NCBI RefSeq assembly: GCF_006345805.1
Contig: NC_042999.1
Coordinates: 164,176,001 to 164,240,000 of the forward strand
Direction of reading: 5' to 3'
Source: Octopus sinensis
Taxonomy: Eukaryota
Length of the DNA: 64,000 nucleotides
Shown: positions 38,701 through 53,700 of the stretch, piece after piece
Layout: each line of letters starts with the position of its first letter
Numbering within the stretch: the stretch's first letter is position 1
Program-made: the position numbers and the translations under genes
The notes under the pieces: model-generated
The model's database searches: none
Told to the model about the DNA's origin: nothing
The model's input: the letters and a program-made list of their open reading frames with translations, nothing else

Positions 38701-41700
38701 ATCACAGGGCTCTACTCTGAATACGAAAATACAGAGTTGATGGTGAAGAAAGTATTTCACAGCAAACCTACATTTGTTTAGTTAGACAAGCTGTAATGCA
38801 TCATAAATATAGTTTAAGAGAAAAGTTAAAGAAAACCAGAAATTTTTACCTGATGTGCTCCAAGAGTGATAGCAACGCCAAGGTCATGAGCACCAACAAT
38901 TTCAACGAGACGAGCATACATTGTATTAGTGAGGCCCAAACCCCCTGAAAAAGGGAAACAAGTAGTTTAGAAAATTGGTTAGAGGAGAAGGGGTCGATTA
39001 CCATGTATAAATCCATCCGTATACTAACTGGTATTGGGTTTAAACTCTTAATAACATGAAATATTCCAAGCTGTTCAGCAGCATTGTTACAGTTCTTTCA
39101 GCACTTGATAATGTTGGTGATGTTTCTAAGAGAAATCAGTTTCATTATTGATAGATGAATCATTTTTTAAACAACTCACACACACACACAAACTTCTTGT
39201 AGCAACAAAATCCCAAGTAGGAAAAATATGATTCATACTTAAAATGTTCTAAATGTTAGTAGCATTTTATTTTCATAATATTTCTACTCAAAGACTATGA
39301 GGTCCCACATTATAAGTTGGTTTAACAGCCCTTTCAAATCCAAGTCACTCCATCCTCTTTTTCTTCTGGAGCTTAATTTCTCACACATAAAACACTAAAA
39401 AGAACACAAAACTATAACTTTCAGACTTGTCATGAACAACAATAAACTGCCAATTTGACAGCCAACTTCAATCTTTTCCATTTACACAAATTTATATCAG
39501 TTCACTTACCATAATCAAATGGAACCTGCAAGCCAAAAGCTCCCATTTCTTTGAGACCGTCCATGGAAGCATTATCCACTTTCTCAAGTTGGTCATTCTT
39601 GGTGGCATCATTTACTTCCTAAAACATAACAATATTAAACATATCAAATACAGTGTCAATGAAGTCATGAATTGAGAGGAATCAAAGAAATTATGACATT
39701 TATGCTTTATTGAATATCTTCAGTAACAAAAGAGTAATGTTTGAACTGGGAATAAATATCAGGTCATTGGTTTTGGTGCACAAGTATTAATAAGAATACT
39801 TGTGCATCAAATAATAATTAATATCAAACATTTGTAAAAGAAGGGTAGAGTCTACAAGACTGACTTCTGCACTTAGTTTATCAGATTTGGAGAGATGAAA
39901 ATCTCTAGACAAGATTCAAATCCCAAATTCAGAAGGATAAAACTGAATACTGTAAATCATTTAGGGAAAACGCTAACATCTATGCCATTCTATCACCACC
40001 TCACTCAAAAATAATAGTAACATTGCAGAAGAAGTCATGCACAGAACTTGCGAAATCTTGAAAGAAGTGAAGGGAGCATGCTCCACTGGAAGTGTAAATT
40101 CAGTGTGCACACATGACAAAGTGTAAATGATTTAAGAGGAAAACTGGGTATAAAAGGCGTCAGATGTTGTGTGCAAGAGAGAAGACTGCGCTGGCTCGGT
40201 CACGTGATGCCTATGGATGAAGACGGCTGCGTAAAGAAGTGCTGAGCTCTAATTGTGGAGGGAAGTTGTGGAAGGGATATACCCAGGAAGATGTGGGACA
40301 AAGTGGTGACATTCAGAGGCTGGGCCTCACTGAAGAAATGACAAGGGGCCAGGAGTTGTGGCAATTTGCTGTACTTGAGAAGATGTGTCAAGCTAAGTAA
40401 AATTGCAGTCATCTCTATACACAGAGGTGTGTCCTTTGCAGGTGTTGGTGCCGCATGAAATGCACTCATACCAGTGCTGCATAAGCACACCTGTGCCAGT
40501 CGCATGTAAAAAGTGCCCCAGGACATTCTGTTAAGTGGTTGGCATTAGGAAGGGGATCCTGCTAAGGAAAAGTATGCTACAACAGAATTAGAGTTTGGAC
40601 AGTTCCTGTCAAACTGCAGCCCATGCCACCATGGAGAAGGATGTCAAAGAGGAGGAGGAGGAAGTGGAGAACCATGTTGAAATAAAGCACTAAATGGATT
40701 ACAGTATTATAGAGAATACAATGTCAAATGGAATAAGGCACCATGTACAATACAATAAAACAAAGCATTGTACAGAATTCAACATCATAAAGAATATAAG
40801 ATATAGAACAATGGTTCTTAACCTGGGCAAAGGCAACCCCTTGGAGGCATTGAGAGCTCAGAAAGGGGCAACAAATGTCAAGTGGGGCATGGATGTTTAG
40901 AAGGGTCATGATTTTTTTTCTTAGAAATGAAATATTTAATGAATTATTAATATTCCAAACACATTTTCCAAATCAATCTTTACTATTATTATTATTAGGA
41001 TATGAGTAAAACATTGTGTAACCAGTGAAGAGAAACATGACTTATGATATCCTAATGTTGAAAATAATTTCATTGTATAAGTCCTCAAATTTTCTAATTT
41101 CCATAAATGGGAGACTAATCCACACAAATATCTAAAAAGGCTGAATGAGAATAGCATAAAAAAAAATATGGATATTAATAAATCAATGAGCAAAATTAAG
41201 CTTCTGGTTGGTCAGTGAAGGTTGAAGTAGCAATATAACAGACAGAAAAAGGATGAGGCAATGTAGTTTGTTACAGGTGAGTGAAAAAAACCTTTCTCTG
41301 GATGTGGTCAAGAATGTTTATGTCTGTATCAGCAGCAACCATACATCAAAGGCAAAGTACAGTATAGAATTACTTCAAAAGTAATGGACTCTAAAAGTTC
41401 CAATCAAAAATTGAAAATATTTTATTATTTTTATCTAAACTACTCAATACAACTATGATTATAAGTTCTTTCTATAATCAAAGAGACATCAATGCTTAAT
41501 AAATAAAGGACATTTTTTCAGTTTCAAGGTTAGATTCAATTTTAAAAGTTTAATTCTTTTGAACTTACCTCAAAGAATTTAGCACAAGGATCCACTAACT
41601 CAGACAAAGTCTGCTTCTGGTCTTCGTTTAGAACTGTAAGATAGAATTTAAAAATAAAAGGATCCTGTTACTCAAAATTTCTACACATGTGTCTATGTCA

Positions 41701-44700
41701 TGTTTTCACATGGAACTGGGAGACAAGAATTAGTACAGTAGATAGTAGGTGAGACTACAAGTTTAATGTACATAATATGATCCTTCATAATCAGAGTTCA
41801 AATCCTGAAAGACATACTTTTGCTTTATGCATTGAGATTTGACTGATTTCTGTCTCCCTTCAGTTAAATTGATAAAACATACAATCTACAGGAGTTGACT
41901 AAAGACTGGATTCCTTTCAAAAACGGTTTCATGCTCATTTGGAAGAGATTTTATATGCCCATTTCATTTTTCAAACAGTCACTACAACTACAGATGTTTG
42001 TGCACCATAACTTGACTTGTTAAAAATAGCAACCAAATCATTATCGAATCAAACTACAATGCCTTCAAAATGAGGAAAAACACAAACTAAAATACCTAAA
42101 AGTGAAGTAATTATTGCACCCACCAATATCTTCAGCTTATGTCAATACTGCCAAATCCAAAGAATTTGAAAACTGGGCAAAGATATCGTAACAGTTCTAA
42201 AACCTAACAAATTCTTAAGTGAAACATCATCACAAATATCCATCACTCTCCAATGTAAGTCTACTAAAACTTTAGAAAGACACATCCTTGACATTAGCAA
42301 CTCACATATTCAGGCAAAGAGATGTCATACAATCTGACACTTTACCATCATACTACTATTCACAAACCTTTCAAACATGATGGCTTCAACAACAACAAAC
42401 CTCTTCACACCTACACACACCTTTACAATTACTGCTGATATTAGCAAAGCATTTGACAGTTAAACTTCACTAGCAAATTACAAACTAAATACTAAACACA
42501 GCTTCAACAAACAAAAACAAAATGCTCAAACCAATGAAGGGAAATTCTAACATAACTCAACCAAACTACAAATAGCAGCCAAATCTCCCTCTGACATTTA
42601 AAAAAAAAAAAGGTTACATGCTTAGTAGTTCTAGATACACTACAGCCAAGAAAAAAAGAATAAAATAAAAATTCATTTGATCAAGAATAAACAACAATAC
42701 AAAATGCTGAACTACATACTACAGTACCATGCAAAAGTCTTTGGCCACTTTTGACTATTGTAAGTTTCTACTAATTGCCAACTTATAAGTGGATGTTTTG
42801 TATTGCGTTTTTTACAGATGAAATATTGGCCTTGGAGTCATTTCCATACCTAATCATTATATTTTGTAGTAGGAGTTCTGAATGAATGGGAAAGATGTGA
42901 GACGACCACCAAAAATGGCCATGCAAAAGTTTTCAGCCACCTTACATGAACCAATCAAGATACATTATTTTAAAACAGAAAAATGTCTATAGTGAAAATT
43001 TATTACATAATGTTCATTTCAAGAAATTACTGTACATTGTTAATATTTCGTGCGGTTTCCCTTAACTTGAAACGAAGACCCATCAAGCCAAGTAAAATCG
43101 CAGTCATGACAGATACCAGTGTCACACAAATGGCATTCCTGCCAGTGGTATATAAAAGCACCTTTTGAGCATTGGGCCTCATGGAGGCTAGGACAGAGAC
43201 CATTTGGTAATATGCCAGGCTTCAAACGTTGGCTTTATGCTGTGCTTGAGAGGAAGACCCATCACACCAAGTAAAACCACAGTTGTGGCAGATACCAGTG
43301 TCGTGCTGGTGGAACGTAAAAGTACCCATTACACCCTTGGAGTGGTTGGAATTAGGAAGGGCATCCAACCATAGAAACAATGCCAAAACAGACAGTTGGA
43401 GTCTGGTGCAGTCTTCCAGCTTGCCAGTCCTGGCCAAACTGTCCAATCTATGCCAGCATAGACAACAGACATTAAATGATGATGTATATATACATATACA
43501 CAGCAGGCTTTTTTCAGTTTCCATCTACCCAAATCCACTCACAAGACTTTGGTTGGCCCAATGTGATAGTAGAAGACACTTATCCAAGGTGCCATGCAGT
43601 GGGACTGAACCTGGAACCATATACTTGGGAAGCAAGCTTCATACCACACAGCCATGCCTAATTTATAGTTGATTAAATTTATCCTGCCTACCACACCAGA
43701 AAATGCTTTAGCCCCCAACAACTACAGACCCTGCAATAGCTTAGATGAGGCCTACAATGGGGTGCTCTCTTACAACTGTAACCATACTATTGTTACACAT
43801 AGAAACATCTTAGGATTGCACCCACAAAAAGACCATCTCACTAATTAGCATGAAGTCACTCACCAACAGATGTTCTGTCCCCTATCTCTGCTCCTTGGAG
43901 TTGGCTGGTCTCATGCAACCTACACTCAAGCTCTCCCCTTCCATCTCCCACTCCATATTATGTTCCCCACTTTTTCCTACACTAAGCAATAGATCAGATC
44001 CTCTCTCTCCAGAGTGACATTCTCTTGGAATTCTCTTTCTGCTTATGTTTTTCCTGCAGCCATTTGCTTGCAACTGTTCAAGGAACATCAATTTAACCAA
44101 TTTTTAGCAAGCAAGGAACATTAACTACTCATAATAGGTATTTATTTCACCAATACCAGAAGGATGAATGGCAAAATGGACCCTGGTAAGATTTAAAGTT
44201 GGAATGTAAAAAAAAACAAAAAACTTGATGCTATATGATATTTGTCTGGCACTAATGATTCTATCAATAACCACACTATTGGTGATTATAATGATTTCTA
44301 ATATTAATTAGCATATGGTCACAAATCTGGTGGCACATAGAATTAATTCATTCATTATGACTACATAACTGTTACAAGAATAATAAATAATAATGTGTTT
44401 TTCAAAAATTATTGATCTGAAAGAATTAATACATGAGAAAATACTATGAAAATAAAAAGCAAGAATTAAAAAGAACGAACATTTTCTGTATAACTTGTAA
44501 TAATTGAAAATAAAGAAAATAAAAAATACAGAACCTTCTGGAAACGGAAAGACTTGATCAGAGATGACATTTCCTCGAAATAGATTCATAGCAAATGAAC
44601 GAGACTCCTGGTAAATTAAATCAAAAAGAAAAATGTATTAATTAAGAGAAGTGAGGGTGAGATTTGAACTAGGGCTCCATGATGCCCTTATATAAAGAGA

Positions 44701-47700
44701 TGAGTAGAGTGAAGAATTATGTGAGAGTTAGTAGATATGTGGGATAGGTTCTGAGAGAGTTGAATTTCTAGGAAGGAATACTGTGGAAAACTGCTTAGTA
44801 TGGTATCTAGGAAGATTCATAATATCATGGAACTGGTAGCATGCTTAAGGACATGCAGAAAGACTTGCTCAGTTGGTGTACAAAATTGTATGAGGTCCGG
44901 AGTGAGTTTGAGATCTAATAACTGAGGCTGAATGTCTTGAAAACTGATACAGTGGAAGCATTGGTATAAAATATACTGAATGTCTGATGTAGTAGAGATG
45001 CAGTTGGATGCTGTAGAAATCAGTAGAGAGAGACACTGTAAAGATGTCTGATAGAGACAAAGATTTAGTGGAACAGGCAGACTAGAGATAGAGTGAGATA
45101 TTGTAAAGTCTACGCAGGAAGACATCATCTATATGTCTGATAAACTAGATTCAATGGAATATTGCAAAAGGAAACACAGGAAAACATTTTGGGTATTTGG
45201 TATGCTAGATAGTCAAAGGAACATTTTGTCAACTGTATTCTCCCACCCTCCCACTGTAAATTAGCAATATAATTAATATCATTCATTAAGGGCAGATTTG
45301 GTAGAGTGCTAGGTAAAATATCTTACAGTGATTTCAAGGGAAGGGGTTAAGTCGATTCCATTGACCCCAATGCTCAACTGATACTTATTTTATCAACCCT
45401 AAAAGGATGAAAGGCTAAATCAACCTCAGCAGAATTTGAACTCAGAGTGTAAAGACAGACGAAATGCTGCCAAGCATTCTGCCCAGTGTGCTAATGATTC
45501 TGCCAGCTTGGGACCTTAAAGATAATAATGATGATTTGTTATATAGGTACAATACTGCAATTAAATACTATAATATCTTGCAGTATTTAATTAGTATCCC
45601 ATTGAGTTCAACTTTGCCTTGCATAATTTGAGGGAGGGAAGGATGATAAAAATAAGTCAGGTAATGGGACCAATCTAAGCAAATGCATCAGCAACACCTT
45701 TAAAAGGTGACGTTTTGTAACTATATAACAAATCATTATTATTATTATTATTATTATTATCAAAGGCAGTGAGCTGGCAGAATTGTTAGCACAATGGGCA
45801 AAATACTTCATGGCATTTCGTTTGTCTTTACCTTCTGAGTTCAAATTCTGCCGAGGTTGACTTGTCTTTCATTCTTTCAAGATTGATAAATTAAGTACCA
45901 GTCAAGTACTGAGGTCAATGTAATTGACTAGCCTCCTCTCACAAAATTTCAGGACTTGCGCCTTTAGTAGAAAGGATTATTATTATTATTATGATGGTGA
46001 TCTGGCAGAACCATTCGCATGCCAGGCAAAATGCTTGGCGGCATTCCGTCTGTTTTTATGCTCTGAGTTCATATTCCATCAAGCTCAACTTTGCCTTTCA
46101 TCCTTTTGGGGTTGATGAAATAAGGACCAGTTGAGCACTGAGAATGATGTAATCGATTTACCCCCTCCCAGAAATTGCTGGCCTTGTGCCAAAATTTGAA
46201 AATATTATCATTATTAAGGTGATGATCTGGCATTAGCATGCCAGGCAAAATGTTTAGAGGGATTTTGTTCACCTTTACATTCTGAGTACAAATTCCATCA
46301 AGATTGACTTTGCCTTTTGTCCTTTTGGGATCAAAACAATTAGCACCAGTTGAATACTGAGGTCATTGTAATGAACTAGCCCTTCCTCCAAAATGTCAGG
46401 CCTTGTGCCTGTAGTTGAAAGGATTATTATTAGTGTTATTACTGTTGTTGCTTAGCTCCAGGGCAGCTCTAGCATTTCAACCTTGACCATCTTGTGTTTT
46501 AGTGGGCATAGCATATCTAGGATTACACTTTTCAATTGTAACTTTCTTTATTAAGACAGTAACATATATTTGGAGAAGATTTATCTGCTATTTGTAGCAA
46601 GCTAAGGAACCAGGTTTCCTTGTTGGCCCACTGGTGGTGTTGTTGCGGCTTGGCTGATTCATCACAAATACTGTCAAAAAGAGTTAAAAGGTACAAGAAC
46701 TGTTAAAAGTACAGCACTTGGGTATCTGAGTAAACATGGTTTAGCACGACAAATTTATTCTGTGATTGTTAGAGAAGACTGAACCTTTTTATAATGGATG
46801 AATGATGAAATAGTAAAGACCTTCTGTACCATAGTGTACTCACAAATATCTATAACCAGATAACACAACAAAAGAAAAACATTATACAGTACTATGTTAA
46901 CTAATAATGAATGGTTAATATGGTATCATAGTGGAGGGATCTGAAACAACACACTCCCAATCACATAGTTTGAGGTTCAGTTCCAGTGTCTGGCATCTTT
47001 GGCAAGGTTTTCCACTAGAGTGCTGGACCAACCAAACCTTAAGTGGATTTGATAGAAAATGAAAGGAAGCCCATCGTGTGAGTGTGTGTATATTTGTGTC
47101 TTCTTGTCTTGATAGGGCAAGGTAGTTGTAAATGAGCATCATTGTTATCCAAATAATGTCCTTCATTTCCAATATTCTGCATAAACATGTCTGACCATGG
47201 GGAAATATTACCTTGCTTGGAAAGAGGTGAAGGTTAGGAACAAAAAAAAAGGTCATTTGGCTGTAGAAAACTTGTCTCAGTATACTCTGTCTGACTCATG
47301 CAAGCATGGAAAGATGGACATTATGATGATGACGATGATGATGATGATGCACAAATGGTTGAGAAGTTTGCTTCCCAAATGATGAGGTTCTCGGCTGAAT
47401 GCCACTGTTTGACATTTTGGGCAAATGTCTTTTACCACAGCATCAAGTCAGCCCATGTCTAGTAAAAACACATTAGATAGAAACCATGTGAGACTTGACA
47501 TGTACCAGTAAATCAGTGTCACACACTGATTCTGCTTGAAAAACACGCTATGGTTACATGCATCTGTGGAATACTCAGCCGTTAATTTAATGAGCAGGTT
47601 GTACATTTGATCAAAGAACTAAATATTCATTGTCAAAAGAGATGCAGATGCATTTAATTTCTATACACAGCTGTATTGAAAGTTTCACACAATAAAGTAC

Positions 47701-50700
47701 TACACTACATACAGAGAGATGTATTAAAACACTGCTTTGACCAATTGGCTTAAACAGAATTTAATGATGCACTGAAACAACCAGTATACCAGTTCAACAA
47801 GTGGGACTATTAAATGGGTTAACAAGAACCTCGTTTATTGTTTAAATAGAAAGCAAGTATACACAGGTGATAAGGTATGTGGTTTACACTCATACCTTAC
47901 CTCAAAATATTAGCAATGTTAGTGAAATAGTTCCAAAGGGTAATCAAAATCAGATCACAACTTGACAACAGAAAACACTTGCTACATGTCCCAAATACAC
48001 AAAATTAAATGATTTGGTTCAAAGTCTTAAAAACAAAACAAATTCTTATGATGGGTTGATCTGAGCAACTGGAGTATTTGACCTGATAAAGTTTGCTTAT
48101 CAGTTCAATATCTGCAGGGTGCCTTATCATAATTTTAGTTGAACTATTAAGTGGAACTTAAACAAGCACTAATGCAATAGGATTGCTTTTTCTCTTAGTG
48201 TGATAAGTACAAATTTATTATTGGCTAAACCAATAACCCAAAGCAACAATTAGTGACCTATTTAAAAACCATCCAATCATAAAACACCTCACACACTGTT
48301 CCTCAACAATATAATTTTTCTGTGAGATGTGAAATGTGTCATACCAACTTTCAGGAAGATTACAGACAAGGTCAGCTGTTGCTTTTCAAGGTTTTCTATA
48401 GTAGCATCCTGAAGGATCTGGAACTGTTCTTCACTGTGTGTGAATAAATCAGCTTTTGCTTTTTACCTATTAGGAAGGCATTGAGCTGGTAAAAATCATT
48501 AGAACATCAGTCAAAATGCTTGGCAGCATTTCTTCCATTTTTACATTCAAAGTTCAAATTCTGTTGAAGTTGACTTTTCCTGTCATTCTTTCAGGGTCAA
48601 TAAAATGAGTACCAGACAAGCACTGGAACTGATGCAATCAACAAACTCCTTCCCCCAAAATTTCAGGCCTTGTGCCTATAGTAGAAAGTATTATTATTAT
48701 TATTATTAAAGCAGTGAGCTGGCAGAATTGTTAGCATGCCAGGTAACATGCTCAGTACCATTTCATCCATCTTCACATTCTCGGTTCAAATTCCTGAGGT
48801 CGACTTTGCCTTTCATCCTTTCGGGGTAGATAAATTAAATACCAGTGAAACACTGGGGTCAATGTGATCAACTAGTCCCCTTACCCTAAATTTCAGGCCT
48901 TGTGCCTTCAGTAGAAAAGATTATTATTATTATTATTATTATTATTAAGGTGGCAAGCTAGTGCAATCGTTAGTCTGCTGGACAAAATGCTTAGTGGTAT
49001 TTCACCTGTCGCTATGTTCTAAGTTCAAATCCTGCTGAGGTCGACTTCACCTTTCATCCTTTCAGGATCAATAAATTAAGTACCAGTTGAATACTGGGGT
49101 CGATGTAATCAACTATCCTCCTCCCCCAAATTTCAGGCCTTGTGCCTATATTAGAAAGGATTATAATAATAATTATTATTATTATAGTGGAAACTCGTTG
49201 ATTAGTGTTGGACTCATGATTGTAAGATTGCAGTTTTGATTCCTGGACTGAGCAACATGTGGTGTCCTTGAGCAAAACACTTCATTTCATGTTGCTCCAG
49301 TCCACTCAGATGGCAAAAATGAGTGATCCTGCAACAGACTGGCGTCCCGTCCAGGTGGAGAATATTTGCACCATGGTAACTGGCCCTTATAAGTCTGTAT
49401 GACTTGAGAAGAAAACTTTACTTACTAAGGTGACAAGCTGGCAGAATCATTAGCAAAATGCTATGTTCTGAGTTTAAATTCTGCTGAGGCCAACTTTGAC
49501 TTGCCCCCTCTCTTTCAGATTGTTGGCCTTGTACCAGAATTAGAAAGAATTGTTTATATTATTAGGAAAGTAGAATGACAAAAATGCTTGGGCAAAGGAC
49601 AACATGCTTGGATATGTCTGTACATTCTGAATTGAAATCCTGCCAGAAATTGAGCTCAGAATAGAAGGGACACAACTTTGCTTATCACTCCTTTTGGAGT
49701 TGATAGAAAGTGTACCAAGTACTAGAATGAAAATTTTGGTTACATCCATCTTCCAAAATTTTTGTCAGTGTGGTCTATATTAGAAATTATTACTGCTATT
49801 CAAGAAATCAACTAAAACAGTAACCTGTATAGATTGTTATAAAATATTTAGGAAATACAATATCTATCAACTAGTCAGCAAACTGGAAGAATGGTTAGTA
49901 TGCCGGGCAAAATTCTTGGCAACATTTAATGTCTTTATATTCTGAATTCAAATTCTGCTGAGATTGACTTTACCTTTCCTTCTTTCGGGGCTGATGAAAT
50001 AAGTACTTGTTGAGTACAGAGGTAAATTTAAATGACTGGCCCCTTCCCTCAAAATTTGAGACTTTGTGCCTATAATAGAATGGATCGTCTATCAACTTTA
50101 TTAGGGTGGTGGATTTATATAACCATAGGGCTTAGTTAGTTGCATCCCTTTACAATCTCACTTCAACTTTGCCTTTTATCCTTCTAGCAGCAATACAACA
50201 AATATCAATCAAGTATTTAATTAACCATACCCTTGCTTCAAACATTTGAGGCCTTCTACCTACGTTCATCATTTTAATGTTCCCTTTTCAATACTTGCAT
50301 GGAATCTATTGAGGCAGATTTTCTATTACTGGAGGTCCTTCCTGTTGCCAACTTCCACCTGTTTCCAAGTAAAGTAATATTTCTACTTGGCTGGGCATGT
50401 TTTCATGGAAAATGAAAATGAATAACACCACTTGTATGACAGTGACACTCATTTACAACCATCAGGACAAGGAGACACAAATATATACATATATTTATAT
50501 ATACACACACCCACACAACAGACTTCTTTCAGTTTCTTTCTAATAAATTCACTCACAAGGTCCAGAATTATAGATGAAGACACTTGCCCAAAGTGCCTTG
50601 CAGTGGGACTGAACCTGAAACCTCACTGTTGGGAATCGAATTTACTTAACCACACAGCCATGTCTGCACTTGTAAGCTTCCCACAACCTTTATTAATAGA

Positions 50701-53700
50701 CCCTCCAAGACTTGTAGGGGAAATAGAGAAAGGAACCACACTTTAACTCATGGGTTATCTTCAGACAGAAGACTTGATCCAAATACTAGCAACAAAGCAG
50801 ATTTCACTAACAGCATACAAGGACAATATGACTGAGTTAAGCAGGGTAATAGAGTAAGCTTACCAAGAAGAACAAGTACTGTTCATCCAATGGCTATCCT
50901 AACAACTTCTGTGCATCTAATTTCACTCAAAATTCTTAGATCAAATGAAGGCTAGAGTACAAACATTTGCCTAAGAGGTGACGAACTGGGATTGGTCCTT
51001 GAATTGCAATATCATGAAGTAAACATCTTAATCAGACAGCCATATCTACACTCAACCTACACACAAATGAGTGACAGAGGGAGAGAGAGGAGAAATGGAA
51101 AGACAAGAAAAGACGTCAACAAGAAACTATGACATTACAACTAAAGAGAAAAAGTCTTCGCTACATTTGCAGCACTTGCCAGAGGGAGTGTTTGTCCAGG
51201 ATAGGACTACACAGCCACAGCAGGAGATGTATTAGGACATGAAATGTAAAAGCCGGGCTAGATTATTTTATGCGCTACTCCATTGTCTCCAGAGACAAAA
51301 AGGATGCCAACAACAACCTATACTCAATCTGTAACTAAAAAACCTAAGAAAAGCTTCACACTTCTGAGTAGGGCTTACATTACATATAATTAGGACAAAG
51401 GACACAATGAAATGAAGTTTACAATCAAATGAATGCATCAACAGTGGTAGTCTACTAAATATAGAGAGTGGTCTGCGTTAGCAGGAAATACAGTTAAAAT
51501 CCTAATAAAAGCTGGAAATGTAATTATAGGAGAATGGAAAAATAGGTTACAACACTTAATAGAATTAGTGACATGATTAAGTTCAATGAAGTTGTGATTA
51601 ACCCATAAAGCGCTGGGATTTGCACTTAGATAGCATGGATTACACAAAAAACAAAAAAAATAGTTAAAATATCTTAGTATATAATGGTGGTAAGTTTGAG
51701 TGACATTAGACCCAAAAAACGCCCAAAAATCAAATGCATCTATCGTGGCCCGTCGCGCTTTATTTGTTAATCATGGAAGTGAAGTCACCTAATATGTTAA
51801 ATGTTAAAATAGAGCAAATAGAGTGTAAACTGCAACGTGTGTGTGAGAGAGAGAGAGAGAAGGGATGGGGTGAGAAAGCAGGACGTAGTGAACAAACAAG
51901 ATTGGAAGCAACTGTGTTTTCAAAATAACCAAATTTCGAAATTCTGATTATCGCATTTTGTCAAAATTCGGGAATGAAATTGTGGGTGTTTATCGAGAAC
52001 CTTACTATATGATATCCTACAGAAGTCGGCTTTACTTTCATCCTTCTGTGCGTGGATAAATTAAAGTACCAGTCAAGTACTGGGTCGATTTATATTCCTT
52101 CGAAGGTTCGCCTCATTCTTCTATCATCTTACAGAATACAAAATATAGTATATCGAATATTCACTGGATGTTATTCCATGAATGAAAAAAAAACAAAAAA
52201 AAGAGACGTTGCTACGGAACCTCGGTAGGCCACAACGCACATAACACACACACATATACAAACAAATGATATATAAACAAATGTACTGATCTAAACTTGT
52301 CGAAGGGTTCAAATGTTTGATAGTGATGGTCAAAAGTTCACTTATGTCCGAAGAGGCATTTCAATTATTTTGATGGAATGTTAGCGAATTTTAAGGTGTG
52401 AAGGTGAGATTATGTAATAAAACTAAAAACAACATTTTTGATTATGAAACATTATTAATTACATAAGCGAAACGGACTTTTTTGTAGATGATTGGAATGA
52501 CGAAAACCAAATTTATTATATCTAAGCTTAAAATTGATAATAAAAATTGTATATTTATAAAAAAGAAACGTGTGGACATGAAAGGTCAGGGACACTGTCC
52601 TTTTTGGACCACTGGTGTGGATAGTCGAGTCCCCCTGGGAGACATACGTTAAATGTTACACAATCAAGTATCACACAAAAAGCTCATTGAATGGGAAAGG
52701 CTATTTTCAATATATCTATTCATTTCATTTTTAATCATAACACAGTTTCCTGACATTCTGTAATCAATGTTACGTCTGACTTCAACCACACAAAAGAACA
52801 AAGCAGACCTAAAAACAGGGCTTGGTTTCTCTTTTTAACCCTTCCCTATCAATATATACAGAATCATTTAAAATAAACAAATGCACTTTTTTTTCCCTTT
52901 TTACCTAATCTGGTTTAAATTATCAGTTAACTGGGTTTAAAAAAAAAAAACCCAGTGCCCCAAGAACAACCTGGTCGCCTTAATGGGGACCAAAAGTTCA
53001 AAGAAATATAAGTAAACTGGAAACGAAGTTAATTAATAATTGTGTGCGGCGAGTAAACACTGTTGACAAAAGTTTGTAAAACAAGTTAGTGAGCATTGAT
53101 AAACATTAAGCCAATATGATCGATTAATCAAACGTACCTTTGCTGCTTGAGTCGACTGAGCTCGACATTTCGATGTGTTGTTGTTGACTGAGGTGACTGG
53201 AACAAGGCTGAAAGAAATATATACATTTCGTCATTGGTAATAAAAAACGGTATATGTTAGTTTTACACATACTAAGCCATTTGGACCAACAACAATTATT
53301 ATATTTTCTTTTACTCTTCGTCTTCGTTTGAATTTGAAGAACAGACAAGTGTCAAAATCCTGGAGGAGATTGACAGCAAACAGGTACGCATGCACCTAAC
53401 ATGTACATTTCATAATCTGTTCAGCGCGAGGAAAAACAGAAACCGTCGCAGAACCAGATGAAGTGTCGTGGTTAGAACTAATATTTACCACTGGGTTTTA
53501 GGGATATTATTAGTATTGGTACCGTTTCGTGTGGTGGTGTCTGTCGTAACACGGAAGCGAATGGTTCTCTGTGTTAGAGTTTGTAAATGGTGAAATTCTA
53601 GCAGAGATGGTTCTAAATGATGTGGCATCAACTAAATTATAAGGGTATTCCTCATGAATGTGAGTGAGCAGTAACTTCTGCGAGACACTCTCAATACTCT

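Noticed and set aside
53124-53348. ORF-track reading [11 protein letters not shown] as the ACADVL start
   Set aside because: It ends in phase 1 at the donor, whereas exon 3 needs phase 0. The alternative frame gives a presequence-like peptide.
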